A program made the position numbers and the translations under genes. Of a DNA stretch of 64,000 nucleotides, positions 34,246-48,017 are shown in pieces. Below the pieces are notes generated by a model, which did no database searches, was not told the origin of the DNA, and worked only from the letters and a program-made list of their open reading frames with translations. The DNA is from an uncultured Acidobacteriota bacterium. Its GTDB lineage: Bacteria > Acidobacteriota > Thermoanaerobaculia > Multivoradales > UBA5704. The DNA is taken from positions 5,376,001-5,440,000 of the forward strand of contig OY969474.1 in the NCBI GenBank assembly GCA_963700145.1, read 5' to 3'. Numbering within the stretch: position 1 is the stretch's first letter; each line of letters begins with the position of its first letter.

Positions 34246-36705
34246 ATGCTCCAGACGCTCCGCTCGCTCGTCCGCGGCCTCCTTCGCAGCCCCGCCTTCA
34301 CCGCCCTCGCGGTCCTGACGCTGGCCGTCGGGATCGGCGCCACGACCGCGGTCTTCAGCCTGGTCAACGCCATCCTCCTGCGGCCGCTGCCGTTCTCCGA
34401 GCCGGAGCGGCTGGTGGGCGTGTGGCACAGCGCGCCGGGGCTCGACATCCAGCAGTTCGAGCACTCGCTCGGCACCTACGTCATGTACCAGCGGCACGCC
34501 CGCTCCATCGAGGAGATCGGCCTCTACGACGCCGGCAGCGCGAGCCTCACCGACGGCGCGAGCCCCGAGCGGGTCACCGCCGCCGGCGCCACCGCCTCGC
34601 TCTTCACCGTGCTGCGCGTGGCGCCCGCGCGCGGGCGCGTCTTCGTCGAGGGCGACGAGCATCCGGACGCCGAGCCCACCGTGATCCTCTCCGACGCCCT
34701 CTGGCGGCGGCGCTTCGGCGGCGACCCGGCAGCGGTCGGCAAGACGCTGCGGGTGAACGGCGTGGCGCGGCAGGTGGTCGGCGTCATGGCGCCGAGCTTC
34801 CGCTTCCCCGAGGCCGACACCGAGCTCTGGCTGCCGGTGACGATCGACGAGGCGAACCTCGAGATCGGCAACTTCAACTGGTACGGGATCGCGCGGCTCG
34901 CCCCCGGCGCCACGCCCGAGACCGCGCAGCGCGAGCTGGCCGCCATCATCCGGCGCATCCCCGAGGAGTTCCCGAACGAGGACATCACCGCCGGCATGAT
35001 GGAGCACGCGCGCTTCACCACCCTGGTCCACCCGCAGCGCGATGACGTGGTGGGCGACATCCAGCGGGCGCTCTGGGTGCTGCTTGGCGCCGTCGGCGTG
35101 ATCCTGCTCATCGCCTGCGCCAACGTCGCCAACCTCTTCCTGGTGCGCGCCGAGGCGCGGCAGCGCGAGGTCGCGGTGCGCACCGCGCTCGGCGCCTCGC
35201 GCGGCGCCATCGCCCGCACCTTCCTCGGCGAGACGGCGCTCCTCGCCCTGGCCGGCGGCGCCCTCGGGCTCCTCCTCGCCGGCGCCGGGCTGCGCGTGCT
35301 GCTGGCGCTCGGGCCGGAGGGGATCCCGCGCCTCGAAGAGGTGGGGATCGACCTCCCGGTCCTCGGCTTCACCCTCCTCGTCTCGCTCTTCGCGGCTCTC
35401 CTCTGCGGCGGCTTCGCCGCGCTGCGCTACGGCACCCCCGAGCTGGTGCCGGCGCTCAAGGAAGGCGGGCGCGGCGGCTCGACCGGGCGCGAGCGCCACC
35501 GTGCGCGCAACCTGCTGGTCGTCGCCCAGATGGCCCTCGCCCTGGTCCTCCTGGTGTGCTCCGGACTCATGGTGCGCAGCTTCTGGCGCCTGCGCCACGT
35601 CGACCCCGGGCTCGACCCGCGGGGCGTGCTCACCGCCCGCTTGGCGCTGCCGGAGACCGAGTACCCTGACGAGGCCGCCAACGCCCGCTTCACGACCGCG
35701 CTCCTCGAGCGGGTGCGCGCCCTCCCCGCGGTCGTGGAAGCCGGCACGGTGACCCTCCTGCCGCTCACCGGCGGCGGCTCGAACAGCGCCCACACCTTCG
35801 AGGACCACCCGCTCCCGCCCGACGCCGTGCCGCCGATCATCGCGGTGCGCTTCGCGACGCCGGAGTACTTCCGGGCGATGGGTATCCCGCTCGTCGCCGG
35901 CCGCACCCTCAGCCCCGTCGACCCGGCGCGGGCGACCAACGAGATCGTGGTCAGCGCCGCCCTGGCCGAGCGCTTCTGGCCCGGCAAGAGCGCGCTCGGG
36001 CGGCGGATCGTCCAGGGGCTGAAGCAGGAGGGGAACGAGTGGTCGGAGATCGTCGGCGTCGTCGGCAGCGTGCGCGACGAAGGGCTGCACGAGAAGCCGT
36101 TCGAGGCGATCTACTACCCGCTGCGGCGGATCCAGCCGGCCGAGGAGGAGGAGGACTGGGTGCCGCGCAACTTCACCCTCGTGGTGAAGGTGGAGGGCGA
36201 GCCGATGGACGCCGCCGCCGCGGTGCGCGAGGCGGTCTGGGGGCTCGACCGTAACCTGCCGGTGGCGCAGGTGCGGACGATGGAGGAGGTTCTGGAGCGC
36301 TCGACCGCGCGCACCTCCTTCACCATGCTCCTGCTGCTGGTGGCCGCGGTGATGGCGGTGCTCCTGGGCGCCGTCGGCAACTACGGCGTCATCTCCTACG
36401 TGGTCAGCCAGCGGACGCGCGAGATCGGCGTGCGCATGGCGCTCGGCGCCGCGCGCGGCGACGTCGCCGGCCTGGTGCTGCGGCAGGGGCTGTGGATGGC
36501 CCTGGGCGGCGTGGCGATCGGCCTCGCCGGCGCCTTCGCGCTCACGCGCCTCTTGCGCGCGCTGCTCTTCGAGGTGAGCCCCACGGACCCGGCGACCTTC
36601 GGCGCCGTCTCGGTCGTCCTCGTCGCGGTGGCCCTGCTCGCCAGCTACCTGCCGGCGCGGCGGGCGGCGTCGGTCGACCCGCTGGAGGCGATCCGCTACG
36701 AGTAA
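34246..36705 (+). CDS. Duplicated MacB/FtsX-type ABC permease (acidobacterial orphan-permease type)
   Basis: [45 protein letters not shown]. Confidence 0.92.
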   Translation: MLQTLRSLVRGLLRSPAFTALAVLTLAVGIGATTAVFSLVNAILLRPLPFSEPERLVGVWHSAPGLDIQQFEHSLGTYVMYQRHARSIEEIGLYDAGSASLTDGASPERVTAAGATASLFTVLRVAPARGRVFVEGDEHPDAEPTVILSDALWRRRFGGDPAAVGKTLRVNGVARQVVGVMAPSFRFPEADTELWLPVTIDEANLEIGNFNWYGIARLAPGATPETAQRELAAIIRRIPEEFPNEDITAGMMEHARFTTLVHPQRDDVVGDIQRALWVLLGAVGVILLIACANVANLFLVRAEARQREVAVRTALGASRGAIARTFLGETALLALAGGALGLLLAGAGLRVLLALGPEGIPRLEEVGIDLPVLGFTLLVSLFAALLCGGFAALRYGTPELVPALKEGGRGGSTGRERHRARNLLVVAQMALALVLLVCSGLMVRSFWRLRHVDPGLDPRGVLTARLALPETEYPDEAANARFTTALLERVRALPAVVEAGTVTLLPLTGGGSNSAHTFEDHPLPPDAVPPIIAVRFATPEYFRAMGIPLVAGRTLSPVDPARATNEIVVSAALAERFWPGKSALGRRIVQGLKQEGNEWSEIVGVVGSVRDEGLHEKPFEAIYYPLRRIQPAEEEEDWVPRNFTLVVKVEGEPMDAAAAVREAVWGLDRNLPVAQVRTMEEVLERSTARTSFTMLLLLVAAVMAVLLGAVGNYGVISYVVSQRTREIGVRMALGAARGDVAGLVLRQGLWMALGGVAIGLAGAFALTRLLRALLFEVSPTDPATFGAVSVVLVAVALLASYLPARRAASVDPLEAIRYE

Positions 36706-36749
36706 CAATTGCGCCACGGCTGGCGTCTGAACCTCAGGAGGACTCCGTC

Positions 36750-37355
36750 ATGACGCAAAGCGCGCAGGTGTCTTGGCTCCGTTGGACCGTCCTGACCACC
36801 GTCGGTCTGGTCGCGGGCCTCGCAGCCGCGGCGGCCGCCGGCGGCCCGGCCGAGGCGGTGGTGGGGATGCTATTGGCGATGCCGGTCGTGACCGGTACGG
36901 TGGGGCTAGTGCTCGGCGGGACGCAGTGGCTCGAGCTGCGGCGGCGCGTGCGGCCGGCGGGCTGGTGGATCGCCGCCAGCGCCGTCGGCTTGAGTATCGG
37001 GCTCCTCGGCGGCATCGCGATCGTTGAGCAGATCGGCCGCGGCGTCACCGGCGGGCAGGTGAGCCTGCGGTCGATGGGGAGCGGCTGGGTCGTCGCGAGC
37101 TTCGCCATTGTCGGCGTGGTGAGCGGCGCGCTCCTCGGGCTGATGCAGTGGTTGGCCTTCCGCCGCTTCGGCCTGCCCGGCGCCTTCTGGGTCGCCACCA
37201 GCACGCTGGCGATGAGCGCCGCGCTGGTCACCGGCTCGCTCCTCGCGGAGCTCGTCACCCCCGGGGTGATGACACCCGCCGGCTTCGCCCTCTTCGCGCT
37301 TCTGGCGGGGGCGATTCTCGGCGCGGTCTCCGGGCGCCGGCTGCGCGCGGTGTGA
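36750..37355 (+). CDS. Hypothetical multi-pass membrane protein
   Basis: SD AGGAGG; repeated G..QWL motifs. Confidence 0.75.
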   Translation: MTQSAQVSWLRWTVLTTVGLVAGLAAAAAAGGPAEAVVGMLLAMPVVTGTVGLVLGGTQWLELRRRVRPAGWWIAASAVGLSIGLLGGIAIVEQIGRGVTGGQVSLRSMGSGWVVASFAIVGVVSGALLGLMQWLAFRRFGLPGAFWVATSTLAMSAALVTGSLLAELVTPGVMTPAGFALFALLAGAILGAVSGRRLRAV

Positions 37356-37423
37356 TTCGCCGGCCCCCGCTGTCGGCTCCTGAGTCCAATCCGCTTGCCG
37401 CCGGGGGGCGTATCCTTGCTGCA

Positions 37424-38056
37424 ATGAAGACGACGATCCTTTCCGCCCTCCTCCTCACCGCCGCTGGCGCGCTGGCGGCGGCCGCCCTCGACCATACGCA
37501 CGCGCCGGCCGCGAAGCCTGCCAAGCCGGCGGCCGGCGCCAAGCTCGCCAAGGCGACCTTCGCCGGCGGCTGCTTCTGGTGCATGGAGCCGCCGTTCGAT
37601 CACCTGCCGGGGGTGGTCTCGACGACCTCGGGCTACATCGGCGGCGCCAAGAAGAACCCCACCTATGAAGAGGTCTCGAGCGGCGGCACCGGGCACGCGG
37701 AGGCCGTCGAGGTGGCCTACGACCCGGCGAAGGTGAGCTACGAGAAGCTGCTCGAGGTCTTCTGGAAGAACATCGACCCGACGGTCGAGAACCGCCAGTT
37801 CTGCGACGTCGGCGAGCAGTACCGCTCGGCGATCTTCACCCACGGCGAAACGCAACGGCGGCTCGCCGAGGCCTCGAAGCGGAGGCTCGAACCGCGCTTC
37901 CGCGACGGCATCCGGACCGAGATCGTGCCGGCCGGGCCGTTCTATCCCGCCGAGGAGTACCACCAGGACTACTACACGAAGAACCCGATCCGCTACAAGC
38001 TCTACCGCACCGGCTGCGGCCGCGACCGCCGGCTCGAAGAGGTCTGGGGCAGGTAG
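37424..38056 (+). CDS. msrA: Peptide-methionine (S)-S-oxide reductase, exported
   Basis: GGCFWC, GHAEAV, QYRS, AEEYHQDY; signal peptide. Confidence 0.95.
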   Translation: MKTTILSALLLTAAGALAAAALDHTHAPAAKPAKPAAGAKLAKATFAGGCFWCMEPPFDHLPGVVSTTSGYIGGAKKNPTYEEVSSGGTGHAEAVEVAYDPAKVSYEKLLEVFWKNIDPTVENRQFCDVGEQYRSAIFTHGETQRRLAEASKRRLEPRFRDGIRTEIVPAGPFYPAEEYHQDYYTKNPIRYKLYRTGCGRDRRLEEVWGR

Positions 38057-38616
38057 CGCGCGACGAGCGCGGCGACGAGGCCGGCGGCGCCGCCGAGGAG
38101 GTGCACGAGCGGGACGACCGCCACCCCGGCCGGCAGCGCGCCGGCCGCCGCCGCGCGGCCGGTCGCGGTCTCGGAGAGGACCTTCCCAGCGAAGAGCGCC
38201 AGCGCCGCGGCGGCGAGGAGCCGCCGCCGGGCCGGTCCCGGCCCGGCCGCCAGCTCGACCGCGACGAGGACGAAGAGCGCCGCCGCTAGCCCCGAGCTGC
38301 CGCGGTAGGTCGCGAGGCTTGGGAGGAGGAAATGGACGCCGAGCGCGGTCGCCGCGGCGGCGAGGAGGAGGGCGACGGCGAGGGCCCGCCGCCGCCCCCG
38401 CACCTCCAGCCAGCCGCCGAGGAGCGCCAGCGCTCCGAGGTCGGCGAGGGCCATGCGCGGCGTCCAGTGGACGAGCTGCGCGGTGAGCGGCCGCCAGACT
38501 TCGCCGGCCCGGACGAGGTCGCGGTCGTACTCCAGGCGGGGGGGCAGCCCGTCGAGCGCCGAGAGGAGCGCGGCGCAGCCCACCAGCGCCGCGGTCACCC
38601 AGGGGAGGCGGCGCAC
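38002..38616 (-). CDS. Rhombosortase (rhomboid-family protease)
   Basis: GEVWR..TA.LVHW, Y.GSSG catalytic Ser, VHLLG catalytic His; adjacent to a GlyGly-CTERM protein. Confidence 0.82.
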   Translation of the reverse strand: MRRLPWVTAALVGCAALLSALDGLPPRLEYDRDLVRAGEVWRPLTAQLVHWTPRMALADLGALALLGGWLEVRGRRRALAVALLLAAAATALGVHFLLPSLATYRGSSGLAAALFVLVAVELAAGPGPARRRLLAAAALALFAGKVLSETATGRAAAAGALPAGVAVVPLVHLLGGAAGLVAALVARYLPQTSSSRRSRPQPVR

Positions 38617-38630
38617 CCGCGGCGGTGCCG

Positions 38631-39518
38631 TCAGCGCGGCCGGCGTCCCGCGAGAGCGGCGCCGGCGAGGAGCGCCATCGCGCCCAGGGCGCCGGGGCCG
38701 AGCGCGCCGGCGCCGCCGCCGTTGGTGCCGCTGCCGCCGATCTGCTTGCCGCTCTTGTCGTACATCGCGATCGCCGGCGTGCCGGCGCCGCGCACGGTGC
38801 CGCTCTTGGCCTGCTCCTCGAAGCCGGTGAGCGCGGTGTCGAGGTTGGCGATCAGGTCGGTCGTCGCCTTGGCGAACCCCTCCTCGGCCATCCGCCGCCG
38901 CGTCCGCGCCTCGTTGAGCGGGCTCGACCGCTCGTTGACCTTGCTGTCGCCGGCGGCGCGGAAGAGGAGGGCGTGCGAGGGGATGTCGTAGACGACGGCG
39001 TCCATCACCGTGCGGGTGTCGTTCTTCTCGCCCTCGATGAGCAGCGGCCCGACGACCGTCAGGTAGGTCCACGAGGCGCGGGACGACTCGGTGATCTGGA
39101 CCTGGTCGTAGGAGACGAGCACCGCGAGGTCCAGCCCGAGCGTCGCGGCGAGCTGGCCGAGGTTGGTGAAGCCGCCGCCCGGCTTGAGGTAGTGGCTGGG
39201 CACGACCTCGATCCGCCCGATCCCCTCGTGCGAGCGGAAGGCCGCGGCGACCTTCTCGAGCAGGCCCTGCTTGAGGCTCTCGGAGATCGGGTCGGCGCCG
39301 TAGGGGGTGTAGCCGCCGCCCTCGCCCGCTGGCGCGAAGGCGATCCCCACCCGCACCGGCAGCTTCAGCGTGACGCTCTGCGCTGGCTCGCCCGAGCCGG
39401 CGCCGCCGGGGTAGAGGAAGTCGAGCGCGCTGCTGGCGCGGCGAGTGGTGTAGGAGCCGCCGCAGGCGGCGGCGAGCAGGGCGGCGGCGAGGAGCAGCGG
39501 CGGCAGGGAGCGGCGCAT
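38631..39518 (-). CDS. Rhombotarget-type lipoprotein with GlyGly-CTERM tail
   Basis: Lipobox LAAAC; SSALDFLYP, LPVRVGIAF, LLFRAAG; C-terminus GGSGTNGGGAG-hydrophobic-RRPR. Confidence 0.85.
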   Translation of the reverse strand: MRRSLPPLLLAAALLAAACGGSYTTRRASSALDFLYPGGAGSGEPAQSVTLKLPVRVGIAFAPAGEGGGYTPYGADPISESLKQGLLEKVAAAFRSHEGIGRIEVVPSHYLKPGGGFTNLGQLAATLGLDLAVLVSYDQVQITESSRASWTYLTVVGPLLIEGEKNDTRTVMDAVVYDIPSHALLFRAAGDSKVNERSSPLNEARTRRRMAEEGFAKATTDLIANLDTALTGFEEQAKSGTVRGAGTPAIAMYDKSGKQIGGSGTNGGGAGALGPGALGAMALLAGAALAGRRPR

Positions 39519-39546
39519 CGTAGTCCTCCGGGTCGGTGCCCCGATG

Positions 39547-42210
<2,664 letters not shown>

Positions 42211-42252
42211 GATGGAAATTCTCCGTGCAAGTCCCCGGCCGGGCGGCCGGGG

Positions 42253-43238
42253 TCAACCGCGCGGCGGGACGCTGGAGGCCTGCGCCAGCTCTCGGTAGAG
42301 CTCGCGCTCGCGCTCGGAGAGGGTCTCCGGCAGGACGATGCGGATCTCGGCGTAGAGGTCGCCGGGCTCGCCGCCCGGCTTCGGCAGCCCCTTGCCGCGC
42401 AGCCTGATCCTACGCCCGCTGGAGGAGCCGGGGGGGATGCGCACCCGCACCGGGCCCTCCAGGGTCTCGACCTCCGCCTCGCCCCCCAGCGCCGCCTCCC
42501 AGGGCGTCACCGGCAGGGTGACGAAGAGGTCGCCGTCTTCGACGCGGAACCGCGGGTGCGGCTCGAGCTCGACGCGCAGGAAGAGGTCGCCCGGCGCCCC
42601 GCCCCCGAATCCCGGCTGCCCCTTGCCGGCGAGGCGGATGCGCTGCCCCGGCCGCACGCCGGCCGGGATCTTCACCGCCAGGGTGTTGCGCTCGCCGGTC
42701 TGGGCGTCGCTCAAGGTGATCTCGCGGCTGCCGCCGCGGACCGCCTCTTCCAGGGTCACGGGGAGGCGGGCTTCGGTGTCGGTCCCCGGCTGGGACCAGG
42801 CGCCGCCGCCGGCACCGGCCCCCGGGCGGCCGCCGGTCGACCAGCGCACGCGGGCGCCGCCGGGGCGCCCCCGCCCCCCGGGCCCGCCGCGGCACCGCCG
42901 AAGAGGTTCTCGAAGAAGGAGCTGAAGCCGGAGCCGCCGAGGTCGAAGTCGCCGCCCTCGCCGAAGTCCCAGCGGATGTCCTCCCAACCGGGCGGCGGGG
43001 CGCCGGTCTGCTGGCGGACCTTCCAGGCGGAGCCGAACTGGTCGTATTTCTTCCGCTTCTCGGGGTCCTTGAGGACCTCGTAGGCCTCGCCGATCTCCTT
43101 GAAGCGGTTCTCGGAGCCGGGGTCCTTGTTGACGTCCGGGTGGAACTTGCGGGCGAGCTTCCGGTAGGCCTTCTGGATGTCGTCCTGCGAGGCGTCCTTC
43201 GAGACCCCGAGGCTGGCGTAGTAGTCCTTGTATTCCAC
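42253..43238 (-). pseudogene. cbpA: DnaJ-class (CbpA-like) co-chaperone, frameshifted near 42880-42900
   Basis: J-domain with HPD in the 43238 frame; DnaJ C-domain (VKIPAGV, GDL, PWEAALG) in the 42253 frame. Confidence 0.82.
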
Positions 43239-43283
43239 GCGGCGGGCCGCGTCCTCTCGGCGCTCAGCGAAGGGTGGACGGTG

Positions 43284-43538
43284 CTACGGAGGGGTGAACC
43301 CGAAGTGCTCGTAGTTCTTGGCGATGAAGTCCTTCCACTTGTCGGGCACCTCTTCGAGCGGGAAGATCGCCTCCACGGGGCAGGCGTCGATGCACAGGCC
43401 GCAGTCGATGCACTCCTCGGGGTGGATGTAGAGCATTTCCCAGTCCTCGCCCTTGCCGTAGATGCAGTCCACCGGGCAGACGTCCACGCAAGCGGTGTCC
43501 TTCACACCCACACAAGGCTCAGCGATGATGTGCGTCAT
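43284..43538 (-). CDS. 7Fe-type ferredoxin
   Basis: CVGVKDTACVDVCPVDC and CIDCGLCIDACP. Confidence 0.92.
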   Translation of the reverse strand: MTHIIAEPCVGVKDTACVDVCPVDCIYGKGEDWEMLYIHPEECIDCGLCIDACPVEAIFPLEEVPDKWKDFIAKNYEHFGFTPP

Positions 43539-43591
43539 TCAGCAGGCCCCTCCTTTGAGGTTCTTGGCGCTTCCACACCCACGGCGCGGGA

Positions 43592-44887
43592 TTATACCGA
43601 TTCCTCGGCGAAGGCGCGGTCGAAGGCCTCCAGGGTGGCGGCGATCTCGGTTTCACCATGCGCCGTCGAGACGAAGAGCGCCTCGTACGGCGACGGCGGC
43701 AGGTGGACGCCGTGGGCGAGCAGGCGGTGGAAGACGCGCGCGAAGAGCGCCCGATCGGAGGCGTCCACGTCCTCCAGGCGGCGGACCGGCGCGGCGGTGA
43801 AGAAGAGGCCGAGCATCGAGCCCTGGCGCTCGATCCGGCAGGCCAGGCCGCGGCGGCGCGCGGCCTCCTCGATCCCGGCCTGGAGGCGGGCGCCGCTCCG
43901 TTCGAGCAGGTCGTAGGGGGATGGGTCGCCGCGCCCCAGCTCGGCGAGCGCGGCGAGCCCGGCGGCGACGGCGAGCGGGTTCCCGGAGAGCGTGCCCGCC
44001 TGGTAGACCGGCCCGGCCGGCGCGATCCGGCGCATCAGCTCCGCCGGGCCGCCGTAAGCGCCGATCGGCAGCCCGCCGCCGATGACCTTCCCCAGCGTCG
44101 TCAGGTCGGGGCGTACGTCGAAGAGGACCTGCGCGCCCCCCCAGGCGACGCGGAAGCCGGTCATCACCTCGTCGAAGACCAGGAGCGCGCCGTGGCGGTC
44201 GCAGAGGGCGCGCAGGCCGGCGAGGAAGCCGGGCGCCGGCGGCACCAGGCCCATGTTGCCGGCCACCGGCTCGACGAAGACGGCGGCGATCGCGTCCGGC
44301 GCGGCGGCGAAATGCGCTTCCACGGCGGCCAGGTCGTTGTACGGGGCGACGAGCGTGTCGGCGGTGACCGCCTCAGGCACGCCGGGCGAGGAGGGGACGC
44401 CGATCGTCGCCGCGCCCGAGCCGGCGGCCACCAGGAAGGGGTCGGCGTGGCCGTGGTAGCAGCCCGCGAACTTGACCAGCTTCCGCCGGCCGGTCGCGGC
44501 GCGGGCCAGGCGGAGCGCCGACATCGTCGCCTCGGTCCCGGAATTGACCAGGCGCACCATCTCGACCGCGGGCAGCGCGGCGGCGATCCGCTCGCCGAGC
44601 TCCACCTCGGCGACGGTCGGGGCGCCGAACGCGGTGCCGCGGCGGAGCGCGCCCTCGACGGCCGCGACGATGGCCGGGTGTCCGTGACCCAGGATGTGCG
44701 GCCCGTAACCGCCGATGTAGTCGAGGTAGCGCCGGCCGTCCTCCCCCCAGAGCCAGGCCCCGGCGGCGGCGCGGACGAAGACCGGCGTGCCGCCGACGCC
44801 GCGGAAGGCGCGGACCGGAGAGTTGACGCCGCCGGGCAGAACCCGCTCGGCGCGCTGGAGGAGATCCTCGGCCGTCACTCGCTCCAT
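43592..44887 (-). CDS. hemL: Glutamate-1-semialdehyde 2,1-aminomutase
   Basis: [45 protein letters not shown]. Confidence 0.97.
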   Translation of the reverse strand: MERVTAEDLLQRAERVLPGGVNSPVRAFRGVGGTPVFVRAAAGAWLWGEDGRRYLDYIGGYGPHILGHGHPAIVAAVEGALRRGTAFGAPTVAEVELGERIAAALPAVEMVRLVNSGTEATMSALRLARAATGRRKLVKFAGCYHGHADPFLVAAGSGAATIGVPSSPGVPEAVTADTLVAPYNDLAAVEAHFAAAPDAIAAVFVEPVAGNMGLVPPAPGFLAGLRALCDRHGALLVFDEVMTGFRVAWGGAQVLFDVRPDLTTLGKVIGGGLPIGAYGGPAELMRRIAPAGPVYQAGTLSGNPLAVAAGLAALAELGRGDPSPYDLLERSGARLQAGIEEAARRRGLACRIERQGSMLGLFFTAAPVRRLEDVDASDRALFARVFHRLLAHGVHLPPSPYEALFVSTAHGETEIAATLEAFDRAFAEESV

Positions 44888-45861
44888 CCGGCCCGGATCA
44901 ACCGCGCCGCGTCGCGCGCGCAGTAGGTGAGGATCAGGTCGGCGCCGGCGCGCTTGATCGCCAGCAGCGACTCCATCATCACCCGGTCGTGGTCGATCCA
45001 GCCGCGCTCGGCGGCGGCCTTGAGCATCGCGTACTCACCGCTGACGTGGTAGGCGGCGAGCGGCAGGTCGAAGCGCCGGCGCAGTCGCGCCAGGACGTCG
45101 AGGTAGGGGAGCGCGGGCTTGACCATCAGCATGTCCGCGCCTTCCTCGACGTCGAGCGCCGCCTCGCGCAGCGCCTCGCGGCCGTTGGCCGGGTCCATCT
45201 GGTAGCCGCGCCGGTCGCCGAACGAGGGGGCCGACTCCGCGGCCTCGCGGAAGGGCCCGTAGAAGGCGCTCGCGAACTTGACCGCGTAGGCGAGGATGGG
45301 GGTCTCGGCGAGCCCCGCCGCGTCGAGCGCGTGCCGGATCGCCGCCACGCGGCCGTCCATCATGTCGGAGGGAGCGACGACGTCGGCGCCGGCGCGGGCG
45401 AGCGACACCGCCTGGCGCGCCAGGTTCTCGAGCGTCGGGTCGTTCGCCACCCGCCCGTCCTCCAGCACGCCGCAGTGGCCGTGGTCGGTGTACTCGCAGA
45501 AGCAGACGTCGGCGATGGTGATGAGGTCGGGCACCTGCTGCTTGAGCGCCCGCAGCGCCCGCTGCACGATGCCGTCGTCCGACCAGGCGGCGCTCCCTGT
45601 TGCGTCCTTCCCCTCCGGCAGGCCGAAGAGGAGGACGGCGCGGATCCCCTCGGCGTGCGCCGCCGCGCAGGTTTCGACCAGCCGGTCCACCGAGTGCTGG
45701 CAGACGCCCGGCATCGACGGCACCGGCCACGCCACCCCTTCGCCGGGGCAGACGAAGAGCGGCAGGACGAGGTCGTCGATTGCGACCCGCGTCTCGCGCA
45801 CCAGCGCCCGCAGGGCGGGGGTCCGGCGCAGGCGCCGCAGGCGGACCTCGGGGAAGGGCAT
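44875..45861 (-). CDS. hemB: Porphobilinogen synthase
   Basis: [40 protein letters not shown]. Confidence 0.97.
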   Translation of the reverse strand: MPFPEVRLRRLRRTPALRALVRETRVAIDDLVLPLFVCPGEGVAWPVPSMPGVCQHSVDRLVETCAAAHAEGIRAVLLFGLPEGKDATGSAAWSDDGIVQRALRALKQQVPDLITIADVCFCEYTDHGHCGVLEDGRVANDPTLENLARQAVSLARAGADVVAPSDMMDGRVAAIRHALDAAGLAETPILAYAVKFASAFYGPFREAAESAPSFGDRRGYQMDPANGREALREAALDVEEGADMLMVKPALPYLDVLARLRRRFDLPLAAYHVSGEYAMLKAAAERGWIDHDRVMMESLLAIKRAGADLILTYCARDAARLIRAGWSE

Positions 45862-45889
45862 GGCAGCGGGTTTTACCACACGCCGCGTT

Positions 45890-45950
45890 CCGCTCAGGAC
45901 AACAATTCGCCCATGTCATCCTGAGCGAAGCGAAGGATCTGGGCGGGGGG
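45890..45950. repeat. REP-like element (partial inverted copy plus full copy)
   Basis: CCGCTCAGGAC...GTCATCCTGAGCGAAGCGAAGGATCTGGGCGGGGG. Confidence 0.8.
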
Positions 45951-45971
45951 TAGGTCGCTAAGATCGGTGCG

Positions 45972-46871
45972 ATGACATTGATCGACGGCCTCCGGCGGCG
46001 CGAGCTGATCGTCGTCACCGGCAAGGGAGGGGTGGGGAAGACCACCGTCGCCGCCGCGCTCGGCAAGGGGCTCGCCGCCGCCGGGCGGCGGACCCTGGTC
46101 CTCGAGGTCGATCCGCGCGAAAACCTCCACCAGATGGTCGGGCTGCCGCCGTCCGGCGGCGCCATCGTGCCGGTCGAGCCGCGCCTCTGGGTGCAGAACC
46201 TCAAGCCGGTCGAGGTGCTCGACACCGTGGTGCGCGAGCAGCTCAAGGTCGAGCTGCTGGTCAAGCGGGTGCTCGAGAGCCCGATCTACCAGCACTTCGC
46301 GCCGGGCGCGCCGGGCTTGAAGGAGATGGCGATCCTCGGCCACGCCCTGCGCCTGCTGCGCGGCGTGGGCGGCGCCGCCGACGCGCCCGCGCTCGACACC
46401 GTCGTCCTCGACGCCCCGGCCACCGGCCACGGCGTCCTCCTCCTGCTGGCCCCGCTCCTCGTCGCCGAGGTCATCCGCAGCGGCCCCTTCGGCCGCATGT
46501 CCGAGGAGCTGCGGCAGCTCGTGGCGAGCCGGGAGCGCTGCGGCGTCGTCGTGGTGACCCAGGCCGAGGAGATGCCGGTCGAGGAATCGCTGGAGCTCGC
46601 CGTGGCGCTCGACGAGGGCCTCGGGCGCGGCGCCGACCTCCTGGTCGTCAACGGCCTCTACCCGCCGCTGCCGGAGGAGGGGCTCGGCGGCGGCGACCAA
46701 GATCCGATCACCGACCTCTGGCGCCGCCGCCGCGCGCTCAACGAGCGCCAGCTCGCCCGCCTCGCCGCCGCCTGGCGCGGCCCGCGCGTCGAGCTGCCGC
46801 TCCTGCCCGTCGAGCGCGGCCCGCGCCTCCTCGCTGCGCTTGCCCGCCACCTGGAGCCGGCGTGGAGCTGA
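45972..46871 (+). CDS. ArsA/Get3-family ATPase, subunit 1
   Basis: GKGGVGKTT, APGLKE, LDAPATGH, EEMPVEE. Confidence 0.88.
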   Translation: MTLIDGLRRRELIVVTGKGGVGKTTVAAALGKGLAAAGRRTLVLEVDPRENLHQMVGLPPSGGAIVPVEPRLWVQNLKPVEVLDTVVREQLKVELLVKRVLESPIYQHFAPGAPGLKEMAILGHALRLLRGVGGAADAPALDTVVLDAPATGHGVLLLLAPLLVAEVIRSGPFGRMSEELRQLVASRERCGVVVVTQAEEMPVEESLELAVALDEGLGRGADLLVVNGLYPPLPEEGLGGGDQDPITDLWRRRRALNERQLARLAAAWRGPRVELPLLPVERGPRLLAALARHLEPAWS

Positions 46872-47947
46872 TCTCCCTGGATACGCCGTTCACCGTCGTG
46901 GTCGGCGGCGGCGGGGTGGGGAAGACGACCCTCGCCGCGGCGCTCGGCGTGGCGGCGGCGCGCGCCGGGCAGGACGCGCTGGTCGTCACCTTCGACCCCT
47001 CCCACCGGCTCAAGGACGCGCTCGGCGTGTGCGAGGGCGCCGCCGGCGGCGAGGCGGCGGTGCCGCTCGAGGCGCCCGGGAGGCTCGCCGCGAGCCTCCT
47101 CGACGCCCGCCAGACCTTCGACCGCCTGGTCGAGCGCTACGCCCCGGACGACGAGAGCCGCGAGCGCATCCTCGGCAACCGCTTCTACCGCCACCTCGCC
47201 GGCTCGCTCGGCGGCATCCTGGAGTACATGGCGGTCGAGCGGCTCTACGAGGTGGCGGCCGAGGGGCGCTACGCGCAGGTCGTCCTCGACACGCCGCCGA
47301 CCCGCCAGGCGCTCGACTTCCTGGAAGCGCCGGCGCGGATCGTCGCCTTCCTCGACAGCGGCGTCCTGCAGGTGGCGCAGCGGCGCTGGTTCGACGAGGA
47401 GGGGCGCCTGCGCGGCGCCGCGCGCTTCGGGCCGCTCGGCCGGCAGGCGGAGCGCTTCCTCGACGAGGTCGTGGGGCTCGACCTGCTGCGCGACATGAGC
47501 GAGTTCTTCCAGGCCTTCGCGCCGCTCTACGAGGGGTTCCGCGAGCGCGCCGCCGCCGTCCAGGCGCTGCTGCGCTCGCCGCGCACCCGCTTCCTCCTGG
47601 TCGCCGGGCCGGGCGAGGAGCGCATCCCGGACACCCTGTTCTTCGCCCGCCGCCTCGAGAAGGAGGGATACCGGCTGGGCGCGATCGTCGTCAACCGGGT
47701 CCATCCCTGGACGGAGGAAGCGCCGGCCGCGCCGCCGGCAGGCACTCCGGCCGACGGCCGCCGGCTCCTCCTCTGGCTCGGCGACCGTGACCGCCGCGGG
47801 CTCGTCGAGCTCGGGCAGCTCCTGCCGCGCGAGCGGCCGTTCGTCGCTCTCCCTCTCCTGCCCGACGAGCCGACCGACCTGCAGTCCCTGGGAGCGGTGG
47901 CGGAGCTCCTGGGGCGCCTTCTTGCCGCACCGCGGCGAGACCCTTGA
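46862..47947 (+). CDS. ArsA/Get3-family ATPase, subunit 2
   Basis: GGGGVGKTT (signature Lys absent), TFDP..RL, EYMAVE, LDTPP, VVNRV. Confidence 0.88.
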   Translation: MELISLDTPFTVVVGGGGVGKTTLAAALGVAAARAGQDALVVTFDPSHRLKDALGVCEGAAGGEAAVPLEAPGRLAASLLDARQTFDRLVERYAPDDESRERILGNRFYRHLAGSLGGILEYMAVERLYEVAAEGRYAQVVLDTPPTRQALDFLEAPARIVAFLDSGVLQVAQRRWFDEEGRLRGAARFGPLGRQAERFLDEVVGLDLLRDMSEFFQAFAPLYEGFRERAAAVQALLRSPRTRFLLVAGPGEERIPDTLFFARRLEKEGYRLGAIVVNRVHPWTEEAPAAPPAGTPADGRRLLLWLGDRDRRGLVELGQLLPRERPFVALPLLPDEPTDLQSLGAVAELLGRLLAAPRRDP

Positions 47948-47987
47948 CTTTTTTGCCGCACTGCGGTAATTTGCCGTGGTGCGGCGG
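47922..47987 (+). promoter_or_regulatory. Sigma70-like promoter overlapped by three imperfect 17-bp palindromes
   Basis: TTGACT (47944) - 17 bp - TAATTT (47967); TTGCCGCA-N-TGCGG-type palindromes at 47922, 47953, 47971. Confidence 0.65.
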
Positions 47988-48017
47988 CGCTGCCGCCGCC
48001 CGACCGGAGACAAGCCG

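Noticed and set aside
45972-47947. ArsA pair as an arsenic efflux ATPase linked to arsM
   Set aside because: No arsB, acr3 or arsD nearby, no evident metalloid-binding Cys set, 37 kb from arsM, and the context is lipid granule genes
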